DNA of 64,000 nt from Eledone cirrhosa (taxonomy: Eukaryota), in contig OZ024764.1 in the NCBI GenBank assembly GCA_964016885.1, positions 5,084,001 through 5,148,000 on the forward strand, read 5' to 3'. Below are positions 11,850-23,341 of the stretch, in pieces. Each line of letters starts with the position of its first letter. The first letter of the stretch is position 1. The translations under genes and the position numbers were made by a program. Under the pieces are notes generated by a model that saw only the letters and a list, made by a program, of their open reading frames with translations, searched no databases and was not told the DNA's origin.

Positions 11850-12485
11850 ATAGGACTATCTGGCATGTTTTCTATGGCTGGATGCCCTTCCTAACACCAA
11901 CCACGTTTACAGTGTGGGGACTGGGAGGTTTTTACCATGTTAACTACACGGCCAATTTACAGCGTGGACTGTGTGTTTTATTGTCATGACACCTACACAA
12001 CCTCATTTATTTAGAACTGGATGTTGTGTCACCAACATAACTTTACAGAGATGGGGGTGGGGGTAGGGGTAGTGGGATGGGGGCGTATATTTGGTTAAGA
12101 GGTGCCTACTGACTGTAGGTTTCGTTTTGTACTTAGGCAAGGCGGGTCTTCTGTATTACTGCGTAGCGCCAAAGAGCTCGGTCCAGTGACATTGTCTTAG
12201 AGAGGTGTAAGTGTGTAAGGTCGGAATTTATCAAATCGTCCCAGGTTTTTCTGGGTCTGCCTACTCCGTAACTTCCGTCAATTTTGATCACCCTGCACTT
12301 TTTTATACAGCTGTCGTCTTACATGCGCATCACGTGACCATACCAACGTAGTCTTCTCTCGAGTAAACAGCATCTGATCCCTCTTATTCCTAATTTCTCA
12401 CTTAGTTCATTTATGCTTTGCCGTTCACGTATATTACTATTACACATCCAGCGGCGTATTCATGCTTCGTTCCTCTCCAGTCTGA
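11850..12485 (-). mobile_element. RTE LINE C-terminus and 3' UTR fragment
   Basis: Homologous to 13960-14595 (RRLRWYGHVMRM on the - strand). Confidence 0.8.
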
Positions 12486-13459
12486 AACAAACTTCAACAA
12501 ATGAGACAACCACTTAATAACCTATAGATCAAGTGAGCCCACCAGCCAGATAGATTTCATTGTTACCAGAAGACAGAGTGACTGTTATAAACACAAAGTC
12601 CCTCCCTAGTGAAGAATGCACCTCCCAAAATACGTTAGGAGACAACCTGGAAGAAAAGAGTATAGATCAAAATCAAAAGGTCTTAAAGTCAATTTGGTAA
12701 AGACTAAAGTTCTAGTAAGTAGAAAGGAAAGCTGGGCCCAGATCTCTTCAGGTAAACTGTCCTGCTCAGTGATATATGCAAATGGCAATATATGTAAATG
12801 GCAAAACATAAATGTACTGGGAGAGAAATTAGGCATAAGAGGGATTAGATGCAGTGTGCAGGAGAGGGATTGTTTTGGTACAGACATGTGATGTGTATGA
12901 AGGGTGACATCAATATAAAAAGGTGCATAACGCACAAAGTTGACAGAAGCCGTGGAGTGGGCAGGTCTAGGAAGACTTAGGATGAGGTAAGGAAAGCTGA
13001 CTTTGTACAATTACACCTAGCTAAGGCAATACAGGATGGTGACCTCTGGCGCTATGCACAATTATAGAGGACCTGCCCTCATAAATCCACGAGCTGAGGC
13101 ATATATCTAGTATGTAACACTTTCCCCACCATCATCCCTCCCAAACATCTTAATTGATGTTATCATCCCACCCCTATAACTACATCAACAATCCACAAGA
13201 CATTTTCCCCACCAACACCACACACAAGTTCCCAAACCTCACCATAACGTGGTCCCACTGCAGCCATGACAAATGTGCCCAGTTCACTCTGTAAAGTGGT
13301 ATTGTAGGTGTCCCTACAAAAAGCACCCAGCACACTGTGCAAATGTGGTTGGCATTAGAAAGGACATCCAACCATAAAAACCAAGCTAAAATCAGTTCCA
13401 TGTGAGTGAAACATGGTCCTCTGACCTGATCTCCCACAATGGGACAACCCAGCCAACAC

Positions 13460-13810
13460 ATTGCCATTACTTAAGTGCCTTTCCAGAGATCAAGGCCACC
13501 TGGCACACACAAGTCAGTCAGAGAACACCTTCTTTATTTAAGGCTTTTAACATCTCGAGCCAGATTTCATCTTCCCCAGCAGTTTTACCACATTTGAGCA
13601 CTTTAACTGCTCTTGTGACCTCAGCCTCTGAGAGATTAGTCACCACTCCCAGATACACCTCATCTACATCCAAAGATGCTGTTGTGATCGGGTTTAGGAG
13701 GTCAGCAGCATATTCTCCCACCTTGTGAGGATGCACCTTTCTGAAGATAAGAGAACCCAGGTTTCATACTTGATAGCAGGTGTGGAGGAGGGCTTCATAT
13801 TACGAAGTCG
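13460..13810 (-). mobile_element. fragment of a different RTE-like LINE (RT entry region)
   Basis: ORF 13518-13736: SEAEVTRAVKVLKCGKTAGEDEIWLEMLKAL. Confidence 0.75.
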
Positions 13811-13867
13811 GTGGATGATCTGCCAAAACATTTTATGTGCATATGTATGTATATATATACATATATA

Positions 13868-15712
13868 TCATCATCATCGTTTAATGTCCATCTTCTACGC
13901 TAGCATGGGTTTGGACGGGAATTTTCCCACTTGAGGCAAGATTGGTTATCTTGCACGTATAGGACTGTCTGGCAGGTTTTCTACGGCTGGATGCCCTTCC
14001 TAACACCAACCACGTTTACAGTGTGGACTGGGAGGTTTTTACCGTGTTACCTACACGGCCACATTACAGCGTGGACTGTGTTTTTTTTTGTCGTGACACC
14101 TACACGACCTCATTATTTCGGGCTGGATGTTGTGGTACCAACATAACTTTACATCGAGAGGGGTGGTGTGGATGGGGTGGGGGTAGTTGGGCGGGGGTGT
14201 ATTTTGGTAAGAGGTGCCTACTGAGTGTAGGTTTCGCTTTGCACTTAGGCAAGGCGGGTCTTCTGTATTACTGCATAGCGCCAAAGATCTCGGTCCAGTG
14301 ACATTGTCTTGGAGAGGTGTAAGTGTGTGAGATCGGAATTTATCAATTCGTCCCAGGGTTTTCTGGGTCTGCCTACTCCGAAACTACCATCTATTTTGAT
14401 CGCCCTGCACTTTTTTATACAGCTGTCGTCTTTCATGCGCATCACGTGACCATACCAACGTAGTCTTCTCTCGAGTAAACAACATCTGATCCCTCTTATT
14501 CCTAATTTCTCACTTAGTTCATTTATGCTTTGCCGTTCACGTATATTACTATTACACATCCAGCGGAGCATGCAAGCTTCGTTCCTCTCCAGTCTGCGTA
14601 TATGCTCTGCACACAATGCCCAGGTCTCACTGCCATGTAACATTGCTGTTCGTATACAGGCATCATACAGCCTGCCTTTCATTTTTAGAGAGAACCCTTT
14701 AGCGGCCAATAGTGGTATAATCTCTCTGAACTTTTTCCATCCAGTTCTGACTCTAGCTACTGTACTTTCAGAGCACCCTCCACCACTGCTGATTTTGTCA
14801 CCCAAGTAACGGAAGGTGTCCACTATATCTATAAAAGCATCTGTGCAATGGAATGAGCTAGTATTCTGTGGGCACTTTCCCGCTACTTATTGCACCTGAG
14901 CACCGGCCACATATAAAATCTATATTCTTAGTTAGCTTACCTGTGATCCCACTACATCTTTTATGCACCCACACTTTGCATTTGGGACATAAAAGGGAGT
15001 TTCTGCCTACTCCTTTCCTGAGCATGGCCATTTCCCAGATGGGATCAGTGCCCTATTTTCCCTCCTACATACTAGAACTTTAGTCTTAGGCAGGTTAATT
15101 TTAAGGCTTTTTGATTCTAGGCCATGCTTCCATGTTTCGAATTTCTTCTCTAGTTCAGCCATTGATTCAGCTATAAGCGTTAGATCATATGCGTATAGGA
15201 GTTCCCATGGGCAGCCACTCTTGAACTCCTCTGTTATAGCATGAAGGGCAATAATAAATAGTAGGGGGCTGAGGACGGAGCGCTGATGAACACCAACTTT
15301 TACGCTAAACTCTTCACTATATTCGTTGTTAATTCTAACCTTGCTGACTGTTTCTTTATACATGGCTTGTATAGCTCTCACAAGCCATTCATCAACACCT
15401 AGTTTTCTGAGAGCCCACCAGATAATGGGGCGTTGGACTCTGTTAAAGGCGTTCCCCAAGTGAAAAAAAGCTAAGTAAAGGGGTTTACTTTTAGCTAGGT
15501 ACTTCTCCCGTAGTTGTCATACAATGAAAAGAGCGTCTGTGATACTTTTACTTGACACAAACCCAAACTGCATTTCATCTAGATCAATTCTCCCTCTGAT
15601 TAGTTGCGCTATTACTTTTTCTGTGACCCTCATGAACTGGTCTATTAATTTAATGCCTCTATAGTTTCCCCTATCTAGGGCATCTCCTTTACCCTTGTAG
15701 CAGTTAATGATG
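13868..15712 (-). mobile_element. 5'-truncated RTE LINE (RT domain to tail)
   Basis: ORFs 15007-15459 (AFNRV, GVHQRSVLSPLLF, LLYAYD) and 14245-14823 (FRYLG, RRLRWYGHVMR); (CAT)n tail at ~13868. Confidence 0.9.
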
Positions 15713-16138
15713 ATGATATATATATAAAAGAATTAGGATTTCGCTTCAAGCATATCTTTATACAATATGTATAAATATTTTGTATCTCCAAAGAAATACG
15801 GTTTTAGGAAGCCTTAGCTCTGCAAACCCTGGGGGGGGGGGGGGGGGGGCTAACGTCCTCTGCTGATGTCCAGCAGAAGCAAGGGGGACAACCGTCTATG
15901 CATTTCAGGCTTAACTGGCCATCGTCAGGACAGTCCCGCTCACTGCTTGCGACTGCTGGCCAGTTAAGCATGAAATGCATAGACGGTTGTCCCCCTTGCT
16001 TCTGCTGGACACCACCAGAGGCCTTGAAACCTTAAGTCCCTTTTGCTCTGTGTATGAACAGAAATAAATAATGTAATATATATATATGTGTGTGTGTGTA
16101 TCTATTTATATATTTAACTATATTTTTTGTAATCACAG

Positions 16139-16180
16139 GAGGCTTGATATGGAGAGAGATCTTTTATACTACGATTATAG
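16139..16180 (+). CDS. 42-nt symmetric micro-exon, highly divergent (RLDMERDLLYYDY)
   Basis: Same class A acceptor and donor flanks (aatcacAG / GTAAGTTTTAGTTTTACACACTATCTAACC), exactly 42 nt, interior nearly unrelated to the other copies. Confidence 0.65.
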
Positions 16181-16295
16181 GTAAGTTTTAGTTTTACACA
16201 CTATCTAACCTTTATACAATCTGCTCCTTCCCGTCTCTCTCTCTCTCTCTCTCTCTATTGCTCCAGTTTACTCAGCTGTAGAAATGAGATGATAG

Positions 16296-16328
16296 GATAT
16301 GCTTCACTAATATAAAAAAGAAATTGAT
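16296..16328 (+). pseudogene. class B micro-exon remnant (possible 33 nt, ICFTNIKKKL) with native acceptor replaced by a SINE fragment
   Basis: Class B donor GTAAGTGTTACCTTAACATACTGTCTAACC at 16329; the upstream AG comes from a SINE piece matching ~35875-35912; only phase 2 is open. Confidence 0.4.
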
Positions 16329-16715
16329 GTAAGTGTTACCTTAACATACTGTCTAACCATTGTTTAATCTGCTCCTTCCTCTACCTCTCCCTTTATACAC
16401 ACACACACATATATACCCCTATATATATATGTATACACACACACACACAAATATATACAGATATATACACACATATATATATAATCACATATATATATAC
16501 ATATATACAAGCGAGACACGGCCTGCTGACCAATCTCGCCTTAAGTGGGACAAAACCGTCCAACCCATGCTAGCATGGAAGATGGACTTTAAATGATGAT
16601 GATATATACACACTGACACATATATATACATATATATATACACATATATATACGCATATATTTATACATATATATATATACACATATATATACGCATATA
16701 TATATATATATATAT

Positions 16716-16826
16716 GAGTTCAAGTCCACCGAGGTTAACTTTGCCTTTCATCTTTACGAGGTCGATAAAATAAAGTACCAGTGGTGTACTGGGGTAATCG
16801 CTGGCCTTGTGCCAAAAGTAGAAACT
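16716..16826 (+). mobile_element. 5'-truncated SINE of the same family, + strand
   Basis: GAGTTCAAGTCC...CTTTGCCTTTCATC...GTGCCAAAAGTAGAAAC; copies at 39326, 42106, 44828, 61157 and 63935. Confidence 0.75.
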
Positions 16827-17157
16827 ATAATTATATATATATAACCAAAGATTAATATAGTTCGTTGATTACTCAACGAATACAGTTGTACAATAGATTA
16901 GAAGAACTCAACAGTGAAAGTTTTCCTGGACTTTTTAATATTAACAAATGAAAAATATTCTCATAATCAAAATATATACTTTATTATATACATTTCAAAG
17001 GTATATGACATACCTCTACGGTCTTGATTCTTCAATTCCAGTATTGGCAGTGACTATATATTTATAGGCAAAATGAATAATGAAAGAGTTGCAAGCCGTT
17101 AAAACATATCTTTATAAAGCTCTTACATATGTTATATATATATATATATATATATAT

Positions 17158-17410
17158 CATCATCATCATTTTATGTCCGCTTTTCCCTGCTTGCAAGGGT
17201 AGGGCTCTCACCACCACCGGCCATGTTTTTCGTGGTCTTCCTCTACTGCGTCTTCCTTCTACTGGGATTTTTTAGCACCTCTTTACCCAGCGGTCATCCT
17301 CGATGCACATCACTTGTCCATACCATCTCAGCCTTCTCTCCTGCACATCACAACTTATCCCCAGTTTCTCTATCAACTCATCTATGCTCTTGTCGTTCAC
17401 GCACATTGAC
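17158..17410 (-). mobile_element. short RTE 3' end (copies 40025-40262, 42762-42998, 61854-62091)
   Basis: (CAT)n tail, TTTTATGTCCGCTTTTCC terminus and degenerate RT C-terminal sequence. Confidence 0.7.
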
Positions 17411-17755
17411 ACACACACACACATATAAGGGATAACAAAATATCGTTATAGGTAATCCAGGTAGAGGTTGTGAATACTCTGTATTGTGGTTAGTCTTAGT
17501 CTACAGCGTTGTTTGACTCAACAAGAGGTTTCCGTAGGTGGCAAGTATTTGAGTTCTCTTGAATTCCTATGTAAGTTTATCTTGGAGTAATAATATTGAA
17601 AGCGTGAAGAATAACATGGTCAACAGTACAAAAAAAGGTTTTTATTTACAGTATTAACAATTGTTTCACTGATTAAGTTGTCTAAAAATTGCTGAACACT
17701 TGAAGCTGTGCCACTCAATTTTAAATATGTTGTTAGCTTAACTAGATCATCAGAA

Positions 17756-17790
<35 letters not shown>

Positions 17791-18199
17791 TACAAATTAT
17801 GTCCATAGAACCATTTGATAAGATATATACACCATTTCCTCTCCCAATTAGCATAATCAACCACACAAAAAATCAATTAGACCAGGCTATAAGATTAAAA
17901 GGCACCTATGATAAAATAGTAGATAAATAAAAGACAGCATTTCAATAGCATGTGGAAATCAATTAAATATATCGTCAACCATACACAATTAGGTATAAAA
18001 TTAAAGTTAGAAGAAAAAATGCATATACACATACCAGGATTACGTTTCTACCCTTTAGGGTTTCGTTCGCATTTGGAAATATACTATCAAGGATAAATTC
18101 GATATAAATTCTATAAATTTATCAAGGATAAATTTATAGTATATTGCTCTGATTATTTAATTTATTAATTCATCATTGAGCCACATCGTGAATGGTTGC

Positions 18200-18341
18200 C
18201 AAAAACATATATATCTATGACTTTGTCTAGTTTGTGTATATGTAAATCTTTATATCGATTGTTCCTTATGTAGCACAGCCTTTCAGATTCCATCTTTGCG
18301 CACAAGTCTACAGCAAGCTGGTTGAAGAGTACTCTTGCATG
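18200..18341 (-). mobile_element. Helitron Rep/Hel fragment
   Basis: ARVLFNQLAVDLCAKMESERLCYIRNN matches the Helitron-like N-terminal motif LFQQFxVDxYxKIExxRLxYIRxNQ; it is cut by the adjacent RTE. Confidence 0.7.
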
Positions 18342-19860
18342 GTGGAACAGCAACGTAGTAAGTAAGGCAATCAAAGATATGAAGATGGGGAAGGCAACCG
18401 GTCCATCGGGTATAGCTGCCGAGATGCTGAAGGCATCTGGGTCTGTAGGTCACACTATAACCACACGTATTGTTAACCCGTTAATACTAGAAGGTGTCAT
18501 ACCAAAAGATTGGTGCAGTAGCATCATTGTCAACTGTTACAAAAGTAAAGGTGATGCACTAGATAGAGGAAACTATAGAGGTATAAAGCTGATGGACCAG
18601 GTCATGAAAGTAACAGAAAGAGTTATAGCACAGTTGATTAGGGACCGGGTGAAACTAGACGAGATGCAATTTGGGTTTGTACCAGGAAGAGGCACCACTG
18701 ATGCCCTCTTCCTTGTCAGGCAGTTACAGGAAAAGTACCTAGCTAAAAGTAAGCCACTCTACCTGGCATTTGTTGACCTTGAGAAAGCCTTTGACAGAGT
18801 TCCACGTGCTGTAATCTGGTAGGCTCTTAGAAAACTAGGAGTAGATGAATAGCTTGTGAAAGTGGTACAAGCCATGTATAGGGGAGCAGTCAGCAAAGTT
18901 AGGATTAGCAATGAGTATAGCGAGGAATTTAGCGTACAGGTTGGGGTCCACCAGGGCTCTGTTCTTAGGCCCCTCCTGTTCATCATTGTCCTGCAGGCAA
19001 TAACGGAGGACTTTAAGACCGGATGCCCATGGGAACTCCTGTATGCTGATGACCTCGCACTTATAGCTGAATCTATGGTAGAACTAGAGAAGAAATTCCA
19101 AACTTGGAAGCAGGGACTAGAAAGAAAGGGTCTCAAAGTCAACATGACAAAGACTAAGGTCCTTGTAAGTAGACGAGAAAACAGAACCCAGATCCCCTCA
19201 GGGAAATGGCCTTGCTCAGTATGTAGGAAAGGTGTAGGTAGGAACTCCATTCTCTGCCCCAAATGCAAACAATGAGTACACAAGAGATGTAGCGGGATCT
19301 CAGGAAGCTTAATTAAGAATGTAGGCTTCACATGCAGCAGCTGTGCTGGGACAGCAAGCAACAAACAGCCACAGGAAACAAGTACCACCAATCTCTGGGA
19401 GGGCTCTGTAGAAACAGTAGACAGCTTCTGCTACCTAGGTGACCGAATTAGCAGCGGAGGTGGGTGTTCAGAAAGTACAATAACTAGGGTAAGAATGGGA
19501 TGGAAGAAGTTTAGGGAACTACTATCACTGCTAGCTGCAAAAGGCCTCTCCCTCAAAATGAAAGGCAGACTGTATGATGCGTGTATCCGAACAGCGATGT
19601 TGCATGGTAGTGAGACCTGGGCGCTGAAGGTGGAAGACTTACGTAGATTAGAGAGAAACGAAGCCTGCGTAACAGTAATATACGCGAACGACAAAGCATA
19701 AATGAATTGAGAGACTGAGCATAAGAGGAATCAAATGCTGTGTGCAGGAGAGGCGGTTGCGCTGGTATGGACATGTGATGCGTATGAAGGATGACAGCTG
19801 CATAAAAAGTTGCAGAGCACTAGAAGTCGATGGAAACCACGGTGTGGGGAGACCCAAGAT
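18342..19860 (+). mobile_element. RTE LINE RT fragment with stops
   Basis: ORFs 18322-18822 (GKATGPSGI, NYRGIKL, QFGFVPGRGT, AFVDLEKAFDRV) and 18856-19275 (LLYADD, WPCSVCRKG). Confidence 0.92.
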
Positions 19861-21302
19861 GAGGAGAGAAAGAGTGTGAGAGAGAGAGAGTGAGAGAAAG
19901 AGAGGGAGTGAAAGAGAGAAATAGAGGGATTGAGAGAGATACGTTAAAACAATAACAGAAGGTCTGACTGGAGAATTTACTTTAGAATTTTAAGAGAAAA
20001 GGGGAAGGTTTCAGACTTCTGGAATTCCTTCACGAAAATGTCCTATATATCTGGAACACACACTTCAAAAAAATGAGACAACCACTTAATAACCTATAGA
20101 TCATGTGAGCCCACCAGCTAGATAGATTTCATTGTTACCAGAAGACAGAGTGACTGTTATAAACACAATGTCCCTCCCTAGTGAAGAATGCACCTCCCAA
20201 AATACCTTAGAAGACAACCTGGAAGAAAAGAGTAGAGATCAAAATCAAAAGGTCTTAAAGTCAATTTGGTAAAGACTAAAGTTCTAGTAAGTAGAAAGGA
20301 AAACAGGGCCCAGATCTCTTCAGGTAAACTGTCCTGCTCAGTGTGCAGAAAAGGAGTAGGTATAAATTCCCATCCTATGTCCCATATATATATCCTATGT
20401 CCCATATATATATCCTATGTCCCATATATACTGTGAGAGGATTTAGGCATAAGAGGGGTTAGATTCAGTGTGCAGGAGTGCGATTGTTTTGGCATAGACA
20501 TGTGATGTGTATGAAGGGTGACAGCTGTATAAAAAGGTGCCAAACAAACAAAGTTGACAGAAACCGTGGAGTGGGCAGGTCTAGGAAGACTTGGGATGAG
20601 GTAAGGAAAGCTGACTTTGTACAATTACACCTAGCTAAGGCAATGACACAGGATGGTGACCTCTGGCGCTATGCACAATTATAGAGGACTACATCCACAA
20701 TCCACCAGACATTTTCCCTACCAACACCCCACACAAGTTCCCAAACCTCACCATAAAGTGGTCCCGCTGCAGCCATGACAAACGTGTCCAGTCCACACTG
20801 TACAGTGGTCTTGTAGGTGTCCTGCCAAAAATCAATATTGGGCCTTAAAACCTTGAGTCCCTTTTGTTCTGTGTATGAACATAAATAATTGTTTCTACTT
20901 TTGGCACAAGGCCAGCAATTATCCAGTGCATTACTGGTACTTTATTTTATCGACCCCGTAAGGATGAAAGGCAAAGTTAACCTCGGCGGGATTTGAACTC
21001 AGATCATACAGGGAGGTAACTATGCTTCAAAGCATGGCGTCCGACTCTCTACCGATACTGCCAATCCACCGCCTGAACATAAATAAATAATTGTTTCTAC
21101 TTTAGGCACAAGGCCAGCAATTACCTAGTACATTACTGGTACTTTATTTTATCGACTCCGTAAGGATGAAAGGCAAAGTCAACCTCGGAGGGATTTGAAC
21201 TCAGATCGGAAAGGGACGTAACTAAATAAATAATGTAATATATATATATGTATGTGTGTGTGTATCTATTTATATATTTAACTATATTTTTTGTAATCAC
21301 AG

Positions 21303-21344
21303 GACTGATACAAAGGAGAGTACCGCTCTAGAAAAGAATGAGGA
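21303..21344 (+). CDS. 42-nt symmetric micro-exon, class A (TDTKESTALEKNE)
   Basis: CAG/GTAAGT borders, 42 nt, only phase 2 open. Confidence 0.65.
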
Positions 21345-21682
21345 GTAAGTTTTAGTTTTACATACTATCTAACCATTATTCTATCTGTTCCTTCCCGTTT
21401 CTCTCTCTCTTATATATATATATATAGTAAGATGTATTATTGGTTGTGTAAAACGGTCCAATAAATTTTTGTTAGCAATATTAAGTCCTCCACGCTTTTG
21501 TATATCTCCAATTCCATTCAAGGGAACAGCTAGATGATGTAAAACGGAGTATTTGTATCAAAATGAAAATCCAAAGGCAAGGTAAAATTTCCAATCATTT
21601 TAATCACGTCGTGATTGAAATGATTGGAAATCTTACCTTCCTTCGGATTTTCATTTTGATATATATATATATATATATATAT

Positions 21683-23341
21683 ATGAATATAGACATAGAA
21701 TATTCGAAAATATTCTGTATGTTTATAATAAACATTTTGAAGACCTAATCGCTATAGAATAGAATACGTCACGTATTACAATTAGATTCTCGACAAAAGC
21801 AAGGGAAGTAATCTACGCGTTTCATTCTTATTAGAAATCTTCAGGACTACATATCCAGTGCTTTTATCGAGAATGACACAGCTAGAGACTTATAGAATAC
21901 TTAGCTGTGTACAGGAACTGGTTTGAAAGAGCGGTTGCCGGTCCGGCAGAAATTAGAAATTGGAATAAATGCTCTGAAATAGCGATATATATGTGAATAT
22001 AGACATAGAATATTCGAAAATATTCTGTATGTTTATAATAAACATTTTGAAGACCTAATCGCTATAGAATAGAATACGTCACGTATTACAATTAGATTCT
22101 CGACAAAAGCAAGGGAAGTAATCTACGCGTTTCATTCTTATTAGAAATCTTCAGGACTACATATCCAGTGCTTTTATCGAGAATGACACAGCTAGAGACT
22201 TATAGAATACTTAGCTGTGTACAGGAACTGGTTTGAAAGAGCGGTTGCCGGTCCGGCAGAAATTAGAAATTGGAATAAATGCTCTGAAATAGCGATATAT
22301 ATGTGAATATAGACATAGAATATTCGAAAATATTCTGTATGTTTATAATAAACATTTTGAAGACCTAATCGCTATAGAATAGAATACGTCACGTATTACA
22401 ATTAGATTCTCGACAAAAGCAAGGGAAGTAATCTACGCGTTTCATTCTTATTAGAAATCTTCAGGACTACATATCCAGTGCTTTTATCGAGAATGACACA
22501 GCTAGAGACTTATAGAATACTTAGCTGTGTACAGGAACTGGTTTGAAAGAGCGGTTGCCGGTCCGGCAGAAATTAGAAATTGGAATAAATGCTCTGAAAT
22601 AGCGATATATATGTGAATATAGACATAGAATATTCGAAAATATTCTGTATGTTTATAATAAACATTTTGAAGACCTAATCGCTATAGAATAGAATACGTC
22701 ACGTATTACAATTAGATTCTCGACAAAAGCAAGGGAAGTAATCTACGCGTTTCATTCTTATTAGAAATCTTCAGGACTACATATCCAGTGCTTTTATCGA
22801 GAATGACACAGCTAGAGACTTATAGAATACTTAGCTGTGTACAGGAACTGGTTTGAAAGAGCGGTTGCCGGTCCGGCAGAAATTAGAAATTGGAATAAAT
22901 GCTCTGAAATAGCGATATATATGTGAATATAGACATAGAATATTCGAAAATATTCTGTATGTTTATAATAAACATTTTGAAGACCTAATCGCTATAGAAT
23001 AGAATACGTCACGTATTACAATTAGATTCTCGACAAAAGCAAGGGAAGTAATCTACGCGTTTCATTCTTATTAGAAATCTTCAGGACTACATATCCAGTG
23101 CTTTTATCGAGAATGACACAGCTAGAGACTTATAGAATACTTAGCTGTGTACAGGAACTGGTTTGAAAGAGCGGTTGCCGGTCCGGCAGGAATTAGAAAT
23201 TGGAATAAATGCTCTGAAATAGCGATATATATGTGAATATAGACATAGAATATTCGAAAATATTCTGTATGTTTATAATAAACATTTTGAAGACCTAATC
23301 GCTATAGAATAGAATACGTCACGTATTACAATTAGATTCTC
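21683..23341 (-). repeat. 310-bp tandem array (5.3 copies), each full unit with a minus-strand minimal hammerhead; Penelope pLTR/retrozyme-like
   Basis: Unit starts recur at 21991, 22301, 22611, 22921 and 23231; the copies are essentially identical and inserted in a (TA)n tract. Confidence 0.9.
21808..21850 (-). ncRNA. minimal type-I hammerhead ribozyme motif (further - copies 22118-22160, 22428-22470, 22738-22780, 23048-23090)
   Basis: Reverse complement of the motif at 23572-23614. Confidence 0.7.

Larger units (their letters stand above)
1..20679. repeat. higher-order tandem unit 1 (~20.7 kb)
   Basis: The sequence at position 1 (tatagaggactacatccac...) recurs at 20680 and 45646; ORFs at 1754/9259 recur at 25210/32770. 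Unit phase is defined by the window start. Confidence 0.85.

Noticed and set aside
17507-17570. Possible extra exon ctacAG...cctat|GTAAGT
   Set aside because: It is 64 nt (not 3n), has a weak pyrimidine tract, and the AG is GG in the copies at ~40950, 43690 and 62780.
20371-20430. 20-bp triplication ATCCTATGTCCCATATATAT
   Set aside because: Local slippage at a deletion junction in a dead RTE; no further significance visible.
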